64,000 bases of DNA from Eledone cirrhosa (taxonomy: Eukaryota). The stretch spans positions 29,822,001 to 29,886,000 of the forward strand of contig OZ024753.1 of the NCBI GenBank assembly GCA_964016885.1, written 5' to 3'. The stretch's first letter is position 1. Each line of letters opens with the position of its first letter. The notes beneath the pieces are model-generated. The model was given only the letters and a program-made list of their open reading frames with translations. It was not told the DNA's origin and ran no database searches. A program made the position numbers and the translations under genes. Shown in pieces: positions 12,949-23,444 of the stretch.

Positions 12949-13953
12949 CTACGCCTGAACTGTTAACTTGAGCATCATCTTCAAGTGGCTGGTGATGTTG
13001 TCAGCAGAACTGGAGCAATAAGGGGGAGGGGCTGCGGGGAAGGGCATTCTGGCATCACTAGCACAACTACCAATGCCAACGTTGTTGATGTTGATATTGT
13101 TGTTGTTGTAGTTATTGTTATTGTTAGCCATGAGGATGTGGCTGTTTATGCCAGTAGAATTGTTGTTAATGCTGCTGCTAGTTGCTGCAGTGGCAGCTGC
13201 CACCGCGGCCGCCGCTGCTTGAAACGATAATGCCATGTCGTCGCTATTGAAAGGAACTGTTGTTGTCTTTGTCGTTGTAGTCCAATGTACAGGCGGTTTC
13301 GGAAGCACTTTGGGTGAAGGAGGGTCACTGAATTTGGCCGCTGCATAGGCATTACCTGGAACAGCACTGTTGGTAGCTGTGTCCACTTTAGATGACACCT
13401 GACTGGTATTATTAGTAGTAGAGGCCAAGGACGGAATGTCTCCTTCGTGTGTGATTAAGCTGCGCAACTGCTGAGTATTAATTGAGGAGGAGGTTGTGGT
13501 GGTGCTGCTGCTGCTGCTGCTGGTAGCAGTAGTGTTACTACTGTTCTGCCGACGTTGTTGCTTGTTGATATTATTATTATTATTATTGTATTGAGCTGAC
13601 GTCTGCAGTTGTTGCTGATGATGATGCTGCTGGTAGGACGAATAATACATTTGTGGCAACACAGCCATACTGTTGGTATTATTGTTCGACTGCAGCTTCT
13701 GGAGTAACTGCTGCAGGTGCTGCTGCTGTAGTTGTTGCTGCACCACCCGATTACTCAATGATGGCGTAGATAACGCAAAGCTGCTCATATCAGTCGAGAT
13801 GGCTGGTCCATTGTTGTTAAAAGAGTGCTGCTGTTGCTGTTGATGATGGTTAAGTTGATATGCCCTCTTTGTTGTACCTGCCATGGATTGGCGTTGCAGT
13901 CGCACTTGTCCAGAAGCACCCGTTCCAATTTTCTTCATCTTGGGGAAAGTCAT
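12949..13953 (-). CDS. PNRC: Proline-rich nuclear receptor coactivator (PNRC1/2-like; Dcp1-Dcp2 decapping activator family), 334 aa, uninterrupted ORF
   Basis: Carries the PNRC signature YAAAKFSDPPSPKVLPKPPVHW (compare [22 protein letters not shown]) and C-terminal ITSHLKMMLKLTVQA (compare PNRC2 LKTLLKVQ). ATG-to-TAG ORF with poly-Q/N/S/A tracts. Confidence 0.92.
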   Translation of the reverse strand: MTFPKMKKIGTGASGQVRLQRQSMAGTTKRAYQLNHHQQQQQHSFNNNGPAISTDMSSFALSTPSLSNRVVQQQLQQQHLQQLLQKLQSNNNTNSMAVLPQMYYSSYQQHHHQQQLQTSAQYNNNNNNINKQQRRQNSSNTTATSSSSSSTTTTSSSINTQQLRSLITHEGDIPSLASTTNNTSQVSSKVDTATNSAVPGNAYAAAKFSDPPSPKVLPKPPVHWTTTTKTTTVPFNSDDMALSFQAAAAAVAAATAATSSSINNNSTGINSHILMANNNNNYNNNNININNVGIGSCASDARMPFPAAPPPYCSSSADNITSHLKMMLKLTVQA

Positions 13954-14749
13954 AAGTCATAAAAATCGTTGCTGCAGGTTTTATTCTTTGGTTGTTATTG
14001 TTGTTAGCAGGAACCAATATGGTGTTCATGAAATTCGTAGGTGAATGAATTTGCTTTACTTTCGTTGTTGAGCTAATCGCCTTGCGAAAGTTGAAGTGAC
14101 TGGCTAGCAGCAGGGTTGTGTAAACACACAGGTAAAGCTTATATATATATATATATGTATGTATGTATATATATATATATATATAATATAAACAGCAGAC
14201 TAGATTAGTTCCAGATGCTGGTTAGTTTAGCTTTACTTGCTACTGCTGTTTGTTGTTGATGTTAGCTGCTAGCTTCTAAACACGTACACCACTGCAAATC
14301 ACTCGACTCTGGTCTGATGGTAGCAGATAAAAATACACTCACTTATTATGGTTGTTTTGATGATAAAACCAGTTCAACGAGCTTTTTTTCTTCTTCCCAC
14401 ACCTCTTTGCAGTTAAACAGGATTTAAATATATTTAAAATTCTATTTTACTTTACATATAAAAAATTATAACTTAGATTTTTCTCTCTTTCTTTTTTTTT
14501 TATCGTAAAAATAAAGAATATTTTTGCAATCTAAATATAATCTATAAATATTAAAATATTCAAGATATGGTGAAAGCAATGCTAATCTAAACAAAACAAA
14601 AAAAAATCAAAGCAACTTAAATTTAAGAAGTTGATTTCTGGAAATAATAAAAAAAATAATACTATAAGCCCTAAAAATTAAATATAATTACTGAAAAAAT
14701 AACAAATTAAGAGAGAAATGAAAAATAAGTCACTTGATAAAAACAGTTT

Positions 14750-15430
14750 TCGTTCTCAAAATGGCGATTAGCTTTTTTCGTCTTCCAAAATGAAAGCCTG
14801 TCTGTTATGTTGTTTCCAGTCATATATAGATGCCTATGCGATTTGTTGTGTAGGTATAATTTGGTTTGTTCGATTTACAATTCCAAGTCGGTTTTTTAAT
14901 TGTTTTCGTTCAGGAAGATGATGTATACCGTTCCCTATGTTCATGGCACAGAATCCTTCCACCGTGTAAATGATTCACATACAAACACGTCTTTCTCGAA
15001 TGTAGTCACTAAACACAAAACAAACTAACAACAAAAAAAAAAAACATCATACATTCGTCATCATCAAAACAATAACATTTTGACCAATCAAATTACAGTA
15101 TTTCGATCAAGTGATTTAATGACGTCATTGTTTATTATTGTATACATGACAGAGAAAAAGGATTTTAAAATAAAAGAAAATATGACTTGAAGAATTACAA
15201 TTTGAAATATAAAATTTTGTCTTAATTTTAAAAATATAGTGATGAAAATATAATGTTAAATTATTTCTATTCGAAATTTTAAATTTGTTTATATTTTACA
15301 TACCGGATATCAACAATATTGGAAAAAATTACAAAAATAAAGAAAATAATTGTAAACAAAATAAAAGATTAATGTGTCAAAAGGTATTTCCTACGGATGT
15401 GACGTCACTGAAAGTAGGCGGGGAATCCTT
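14750..15430. promoter_or_regulatory. Putative bidirectional promoter
   Basis: Perfect CRE palindromes TGACGTCA at 15120-15127 and 15400-15407, CCAAT box (GACCAATCA 15082-15090), GC box (AGGCGGGG about 15416-15423) and YY1-type CAAAATGGCG 14757-14766, lying between two divergent coding regions. Confidence 0.6.
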
Positions 15431-16307
15431 TTCTTGACACTTCACCCGATATTTGTCTATTATTCTTATTCCAGTAGTTTAGTTTAGGATAGGTATCGGT
15501 TGAATTAATTCTTTTAGTAAGAAATAGTTGCTGGTGAAACCGTTTATCCAGCCACATACTGGCCAGAATATATTTTTTTTAAATATGCTCTGCCCTCTCT
15601 CTCGTTTTCAAATATTGACAATACATTTACTTTTCTTTATACAGTTTATTGAATTATTTGATATAAGCTACTTTAGAGTTAGCGGTTATAGGAAGTAGAA
15701 GAGTTGTTTGTGATATAGCCGTATTTCAATATCTACATTATAATTGTATACCTCGAACTGGATACGGCAGTGATATAGAGAGAACAAAACCAGAGGTTGG
15801 TATGGCTAATTGTACGTATCTTATAGCACAGTAGTAGGTTGGTTAGTAGGAATAAGACATGCTCTAGTTGTTAGTTTTTGTTAAGCTTTTATGGCAGATG
15901 TATTCTCATAGATAAGCAAAAAGGTTGTGGGTTTTTAAAAATACATTCGACACGAAGAAGTATTTATTGAACATCGTCTCCTCATGATCGATGTGTAAAA
16001 AGTGAGATTTTAAGCATGTACTATTAGCAAAAATAATACATCGATATGTGAGGGAGAAGATGATTCCTCGTTTCATTTGGAAGCAAAGGAAGAATTAGTA
16101 AAGTAGGCTGAGAAGTATTTAAATGTTTAATTACAAGAATATTTCTTGACCTCAAGTTAAATGACACTTCAATTTGGTCAGTAAATACATGTCTAATGAA
16201 AATATGTTGTCGTGTTACTTTATGACAGATATTTCGTTGACACAATTTTAGTTTATCAGCTGCTTTTACACTCTCTCTCTCACACACACATATACAGTAT
16301 ATATACA

Positions 16308-16424
<117 letters not shown>

Positions 16425-18619
16425 CAATCAATGAAAATATAGAATGTTAGTTTTTGTTTAAATATCTTTTTGGCGGGTTTCTCTTAATAAAATTTAATCT
16501 AAAGGATTTTTGTATAGAATTTTGAAAGCTTAAAATACTTTTTTAAAAATAGTTATTATCGTATATAATATTATTTACTTCCCATTAAGAAGCACACATA
16601 TTTATGTTCTTTCATTGAATAAGCGTTTAAGAACCATAGAATGGAAAGAAAGTTCACAGCTACACGACACTAACATAAACCGACATTTTCCTCCTGTCCT
16701 CCATAGCTATAAAACTTCGTTTTCTAAACTCCTCTCTTCTATTTGATTTCATTAAGATTAATCAAAATGAGTATTTTTATTTTTTAAGTTTAAAAAAAAA
16801 ATCTAGTTAATCATATATCTTAGTCTCAAACCCGATCGTTATATTGAGATGTCTTATATAATGCGTCATATTTCCTAGCTAGACTTGAAACCGGATCAGA
16901 TAGCTTCATATATTGTATATCGAAGACTACATGTAAACTCTATTACTGCTATAGCCTTGCAGTGAAGCATCCGGTATAGGAAATATATTTTCAATTGCTA
17001 TTTAACTCTTTAGATATCAAGTGTACACTTTATTTATTATTATTTATTATATTATAAATAATATAAATAATACACAGATAATCAAACATATATATAGATC
17101 TCCTAGCATAAAAAAGTGTTGCAGTAATTATTGAACCGGATGAAATTAAATCGCATCATATGATGGTATCTGAAATAAAAAATATTTTAATCGGTGTTGA
17201 TAAATTTTATAATTAAAGATAAAATAAATTATTATTAATATCAAGACGTATTTTTTTTTATGAAATAAATATATAAGGATATTTAAAACAGGAAAAAAGT
17301 TTAAAAAATAAAAATAAAGGCAAATAAACAAGGGGAGAGATGCTGCAGTATAATGTGATTAACAGTCCGCATTGGTGGCTGTTTACAACGTTAGTGGTGG
17401 TGGTGGTGGCAATGGCCCTTGATGCAGTGGTATTACTCTTCACTGTGCAAGCCTTGGTGCAATACTGCATGCCGACTGCATGGCGTTATCAGTCCCAATA
17501 GCTTTCAGCTTGTTCTATTCGTCCGACTCTCTATTTATTCTTTCATTCCTTCTCACTAATTTCTATGGGATACATCGGTGTATTTTCCTCTTTCTTCTTC
17601 CTGCCCCCTTTTCTACTTTCTGTTCTAAAAGCTTCAAGACTTTATTTAATATAAAATTAAAATATATTTAAATCAAATAAATATTCATATTTTGTGCTGT
17701 ATTTTTTTTTAGATCTTACATTTTATATATGATTAATTAAAAAAATAAAATAACCAAACGTTATATTATTTTTAAAGCACCGTATTTTATTTATTATTTG
17801 GTTAATGTCCCTGGAAACGTATGGACATTATAACTTCCACTTTCCTACCTAAAACTTTTATTCTTACAAAAAAACAAAACAAAAAAAAATTATTTAGTGA
17901 TGGCATAAATAGTAAAAAAGTAGATTTAATGCTATATAGTATAAGTTTGATACTTCATGTTTCTGAGTTCATATCTCATCTAGTCAACTTGTCTTTCATC
18001 CCATAGAGATCAATAAAATAAGTAAGATACGTCAACTAAATCGACTCAAGTGGCCTTGTGTCTGTCTTAGTCAAAAGAAATTATCACCCATACATACAGA
18101 ACACTTGAATAAAATATTACTTAGAAAATTATTTGAGATTTAGAAAATCGATTTATTAAATGTTAGAAACTCCAGCCATAAATAAAATTAGTTCTAAATC
18201 TGTGTTTGGAAGAGGTTAATAAGACGATTGATTGTACATGTATACAGAGAAATATATATACACACATATATAGCTAACCTACACGCCTGCATACTGACGT
18301 TCGTTTGTACGTATATACACACGTACATAAGGAGCCTCATCACCACACATCGGTCAACACATTCTCTCCTGATTTTTCTCGTCTTTCCATCCTTCCTCTC
18401 ATTATTCGTTAGATGTAAAGTAGATAATAAGAAAGACAGAAAACAAAAAATAGCTGTTTTCTCTATATATTTTGTATTTCTTATTTTATTCAATCCCTAT
18501 CTGTTACAGATCCAGATTTTCTCGTAAGAAAAGCTTACTTAATCTAGTGAACAGCTTAGCTTTTTGTGTTAAGCTCGTGTGGACACAAAGTGGAACAGAG
18601 GCTAAGTCGATCCCACGAC

Positions 18620-18956
18620 ATGCCAGTTGCCACTAGCCAGAAAGAAGCCCAACTTGCCCGTACCTACTCTCTTCTGTCGTCGAAACCTTCAGCCAGTTAC
18701 AGCGGTCGTATCTCACCATCTTTAGTCTCTGCTGCCTCGGAGTCTCTATACACACCCGAAAGCGGTACTCTGCTCTCTGAAATGGGGCAGATTACCAACA
18801 TGCCGACCAACTCCAATAATGACAACACAGGACACTTTTTTAGCACACACAGTCCACCTATATTGAACTTGAGTCCCAACTTGAGTCCCGTTGAACACCA
18901 ACGGACTTCGCCCGGCTATGATTTAAGGGAAACGGCTCGCCGTCGTAGTATACAAG
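18620..18956 (+). CDS. First coding exon of an unidentified multi-exon gene (exon 18510-18956; Ser/Pro-rich N-terminus MPVATSQKEAQLAR...YDLRETARRRSIQ)
   Basis: Pyrimidine-rich acceptor ...CCCTATCTGTTACAG ending at 18509, ATG at 18620 with G at -3, an open GC- and CpG-rich frame, and a consensus donor AAG|GTAAGT at 18956/18957 (phase 1). Confidence 0.75.
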
Positions 18957-19706
18957 GTAAGTTAAACGCTTTTGCCGAAAACCATCCTTTTTCATCCCTC
19001 CCCTAGTTCCGGCTACATGCTACATGTGCTGCAATAATAACTATCACTAAAAACTTGAACATTTACGATTAACCCACCGATCTCCAATTCAACCACTTTA
19101 ATAGAAACCTGCTATTAATTTGTATATATATATATATGAATACACATAAGTGTGTTTTATACACACACAGTATATATATATATATATACCAAGAATACAT
19201 ATATATTTATGTATATATATTGAAACAACCTAGTGTGTGTGAACATCTACGAACTACGAAAGCAGTACATATATACTCACACATGTAGATAGATGGATAT
19301 ATAAATGTGACCTCGCCGAAAATGTGTTTGGTCTTTTATACCCCATCACACGACACCCTGTTCTCCTTTACTAACGTACGTCTTATACACGCATGAAGTA
19401 CCTGCTTTAAATATATAAATCTATCTACCTATCTATATGTGTATGCTATACGTACATACATATCTATCTATCTACCTGTCATTTATGAAGACATGTATTA
19501 ACTAAGCCATACGCCGTAAATATATATTTGTATATATGTATATATATGTATGTATACATATATATGTGTGTGTGTATATATATATATATGTGTGTGTTTA
19601 TGAATATATATATACGTATGTGTGTGTAATGAATATATATGTATATATATATATGTATGAATATATATAGATATATATATGTATGTATACACAATCATAT
19701 ATATAT

Positions 19707-19799
19707 ATAGGAGAAAGTATGACCCCGACGGCTATTTCTGGACAGAAATAGCCGTCGAAACGGCTTGAGCTCTGCCGTCGGGGTCATACTTTCTCCTAT
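19707..19799 (+). repeat. Palindrome containing the 3' half of a hammerhead-like motif
   Basis: Perfect 26-bp outer arms (19707-19732 / 19774-19799), a perfect 15-bp inner hairpin (19726-19757) and GAAACGGC-loop-GCCGTC. Confidence 0.85.
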
Positions 19800-19875
19800 T
19801 ACCCACTCTACTACCCTAAGTATTGAGTACTCTGGTGCGTTATGGTCCATCTGGTTCCTCACCACAACTCCTTCG

Positions 19876-19943
<68 letters not shown>

Positions 19944-20291
19944 GCATTTGTATGTGTGATCGCCGTATATATATATTTTGATTATATACCCACGTCGGCA
20001 AATGGTAACTCTACATCGATGTATTTATATATATATATATATATATATAAGCGACGTATATATATATATAGTATACGTCCACGTCGGCAAATGGGAACTC
20101 TACATACATCTGTTTGTGTACGTATATGTACACATTTTTATTTGTGTATGTGTACATGTGTGTAAAAACAAAATGTAAAGAAAAACATGTGTGCAATACA
20201 AGAGTTTAAATATTTTCCTTGAAATAACTTGGAATTATTTATTTATTATCAGTTGATTCATCATTTATTTGAATATAATTTTTGTTGCGCA

Positions 20292-20360
20292 ACACACATA
20301 TAAGCGTGTATAATTGTATAGTATATATATATATATATATATTATACAATTATACACGCT

Positions 20361-20371
<11 letters not shown>
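20292..20371. repeat. Perfect inverted repeat around a (TA)n spacer
   Basis: ACACACATATAAGCGTGTATAATTGTATA / TATACAATTATACACGCTTATATGTGTGT. Confidence 0.9.
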
Positions 20372-20395
<24 letters not shown>

Positions 20396-20599
20396 TTATG
20401 CATGCATAAACCTTGTTCTTTCATTTCCATAAGTTTAGTAACATAGATGTACATAGGAACTATATTGGCATGTATGTGAATATATATATATATATACGTA
20501 TATTAAAGATAGGTTTACACATTTGTTCGTATATAATAAAAGAAGATTTCTTTGAAATGTGTTATGTATATACATATATACAAACAATTGTGTACACAC

Positions 20600-20632
<33 letters not shown>

Positions 20633-20772
20633 AATTGTGTCTGAAATAAACACAAAATACGACTCATTCAGTCGAAATTTCATTTTGTAATGTATAATTT
20701 TTTCTACAGTACAAAAAGTTTAGATTAAGGGAAAAATAATTCCATTCAATCTCTCTCTCTCTCTCTCTCTGT

Positions 20773-20860
20773 ATATAGGAAAATGTTTAACCCCGACGGC
20801 AGAGCTCAAGCCGTTTCGACGGCTATTTCTGGACTCGTACATTCTATACTTTCTGCATAT
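20773..20860 (-). repeat. Second, inverted copy of the 19.7 kb hammerhead-like element
   Basis: ACCCCGACGGCAGAGCTCAAGCCGTTTCGACGGCTATTTCTG is the exact reverse complement of 19743-19784. Confidence 0.85.
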
Positions 20861-20869
20861 ATATATATA

Positions 20870-20948
20870 CAGGGTGTCCCAAAAAAATGCATACACACTT
20901 CAGCAGCATTCTAATGAATATGTGTATACATTTTTGGGGGACACCCTG
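20870..20948. mobile_element. Tc1/mariner-type mini-MITE (79 bp)
   Basis: TIRs CAGGGTGTCCC...GGGACACCCTG, inserted after a TA in a (TA)n/(TG)n tract. Confidence 0.8.
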
Positions 20949-20960
20949 TGTGTGTGTGTG

Positions 20961-21005
<45 letters not shown>

Positions 21006-21408
21006 ACATATATATATATTTCAATGAGTTAGTTGCCAAACTAATTTCTACAGTGAAAATATATCGGAAGTAGATTTTTTTTAAGAGAAGGAATACTAAA
21101 TACTAAAAAAACAACAACAAAAAAGTCTGACCAATGTGGACATTAGTGTGTTGTTATTGTCAGCTGACTCCTCATTACTATCATCATCATCATCAGCATG
21201 TCTTATTCATCACCGTTTACATCATCATCATTATAAATATTTCCTGATGTTATAAGGTGGGATGGGTCAAACTGTTTACTATAAATATGACTATATATAT
21301 GTGTGTATATATATATATATATAGTCATATTTGAAACCGTCATATAATACGTAAAACGTGTACACTGTTTTAATTGTACCCAGTAAACATAAAGAACCAT
21401 GTTTGGGG

Positions 21409-21439
<31 letters not shown>

Positions 21440-21941
21440 CACCAAGGTAAATTACCTACGTGTATAGTAATAGTACATAACACCTCATATGTACTGGTAT
21501 GTATCTACGTATGTGTATATAATATATATATATATATATCATATCTTCTTTATGTTGTATGGTTTCACTACTAGTTAGCTGAGTTTGTGATCTACTTATT
21601 TCAATCAGCAGATTGAGTGTAATAAGCAAAAAGCATTCAACGTCTTATATATCTTCCATCATATATGTGGTACAGGGACGGAGTGAAATACTTTCAATGA
21701 AAGACAGGTGAAGGCCGGATTCCAGTAACTTCCTGTATTGTTGCATAATACGTATTTCTGTGGTCGATCAATTTACATTGCAAAACAATCGGCGACGTCA
21801 TTAGCTGGTATGAACATAATAGATTTAGTTAAGTAATCAACAACAAGAACAAAAACGAAAAAATTAATGATACAGAGGCAGCTGAACTAGCTATGTTATT
21901 GCCAGTACGGCTTCTCTCTCTCTCTCTATTATATATATGTG

Positions 21942-22126
21942 TATAATAATAATTAGGGAACAAAGAATCAGTGTTGTGTCATATACATATTTAATCACAA
22001 TATACATAAGATTCACTGCCGATCAGCTCGTTCCTTGAGCTGACCGGCAGTGAAACATATGTAATATGTGATTAAATATATATATGACACAACACTGAAT
22101 CTTTGTTCCCTAATTATTATTATTAT
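21942..22126. repeat. Fold-back palindrome of about 185 bp
   Basis: Arms of about 88 bp with about 7 mismatches around loop GTTCCTT (22030-22036), flanked by (TAA)n/(TTA)n. Confidence 0.9.
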
Positions 22127-22135
22127 CGATGCTCT

Positions 22136-22258
22136 CTGAGTTCAAATCCCGCCGAGGTTAACTTTGCCTTTCATCCTTACGGGGTCGATAAAATAAAGTA
22201 GCAGTAATGTACTGGGTAATTGCGGGCCTTGTGCCAAAAGTAGAAACAATTATTATTA
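22136..22258 (+). mobile_element. SINE family B, 5'-truncated, with target-site duplication
   Basis: Flanked by the direct repeat ATTATTATTATCGATGCTCT (22116-22135 and 22249-22268). Confidence 0.85.
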
Positions 22259-22347
22259 TCGATGCTCTACTCCCCAATAACATCAAGTGCTCATCTTGGC
22301 ATACCACCTGTGAATGCAATCCAATTGCATCTTTACTACTTATAGAT

Positions 22348-22660
22348 GGAGGCACATGGCTTAGTGGTTAGAGCATTGACCTTGCAATCGAAAGGTTGTG
22401 AGTTCAATTCTCAAGACACTTTATTTCACATTGCTCCAGTTTACTCAGCTGTAGAAATGAGATGATAGGGACTGGGGTCCCTATCATTCCACTGCCAAGT
22501 GGTCGTGGAGGTGCCACGGCAAAAAAGCACCCAGCACTCACTGTAAATGAGGTTGGTGTTAGGAAGGGCATCCAGCTGTAGCAATCAAGCCAGAATCAGT
22601 TCCCATCCCACCCTTGCAAGCAGGGAAAAGCGGACGTAAAATGAAATGATGATGATGATG
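22348..22660 (+). mobile_element. SINE family A (tRNA head + CORE-like domain + RTE tail)
   Basis: A box TGGCTTAGTGG, B box GAGTTCAATTC, CORE-like CAAGACACTT...CCAGTTTACTCAGCTGTAGAAATGAG and (TGA)n tail. Confidence 0.9.
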
Positions 22661-22664
22661 AAAT

Positions 22665-23403
22665 ATATGGAGTGAGTGCGTCAGGTTTTGGAGGACATTT
22701 GCATGAATTTCACTGCTAGCTGCAAAAGGCTTTTCCCTCAAAATGAAAGGCAGACTGTATAATGCATGCATACGAACAACAATGTTGCATGGTAGTGAGA
22801 CTTGGATGTTGTATGTAGATTAGATAGAAACGAAGCTTGCATGCCCCGATGGATGTGTAATAGTAATATAAGTGAATGGCAAAGCATAAGAGGAATCAAA
22901 TGCTGTGTGCAGGAGAACAGGTTGCGTTGGTATGGACATGTGATGCGTATGACAGCTGCATAAAAAGGTGCAGAGCATTAGAAGTTGATGGAAGCCGTGG
23001 AGTGGGGATGAGGTAATAAAAGCCAACCTTACCCAATTGCACCTCTCAAAGGCGATGACGCAGGACCATGACCTCTGGCGTCGCGCAATAATACAGAAAA
23101 TCCGACGTCCCACAGATACAAGCTGAAGCTGAAGCATATAGACAATATGCCCACACCCCCTCCCACTGCAAAGTGGTCATGGAGGCGCCATGGCAATAAA
23201 GCACCCAGCCCACACTGTAAAGTGGTCATGTAGGTGCCACCCAGCACTCACTGTAAATGAGGTTGGTGTTTGGAAGGGCATCCAGCTGTAGAAATCGAGC
23301 CAAAATCAGTTCCCGTATGAGCAAGGCAAGGTCAGCCAACAGGACAACCCGTTTAACCCATGCTAGCGTGGAAGAATGGACGTAAAACGATGATAATGAT
23401 GAT
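22665..23403 (+). mobile_element. Decayed 5'-truncated RTE LINE
   Basis: LLAAKGFSLKMKGRLYNACIRTTMLHGSETW matches the 57 kb copy; 3' UTR as at 5230-5520. Confidence 0.9.
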
Positions 23404-23444
23404 AGCACATCAAAGAAATGGTATATTTAGATACAAATTAGTAC

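Noticed and set aside
12985-13367. Short ORFs overlapping PNRC (12985-13230 plus, 13146-13367 minus)
   Set aside because: They are shadow frames of the repeat-rich PNRC CDS.
14337-14990. 5'-UTR introns of PNRC (minus-strand acceptor at 14638, donors at 14982 and 14342)
   Set aside because: The signals are plausible but cannot be assembled into a consistent structure without transcript data.
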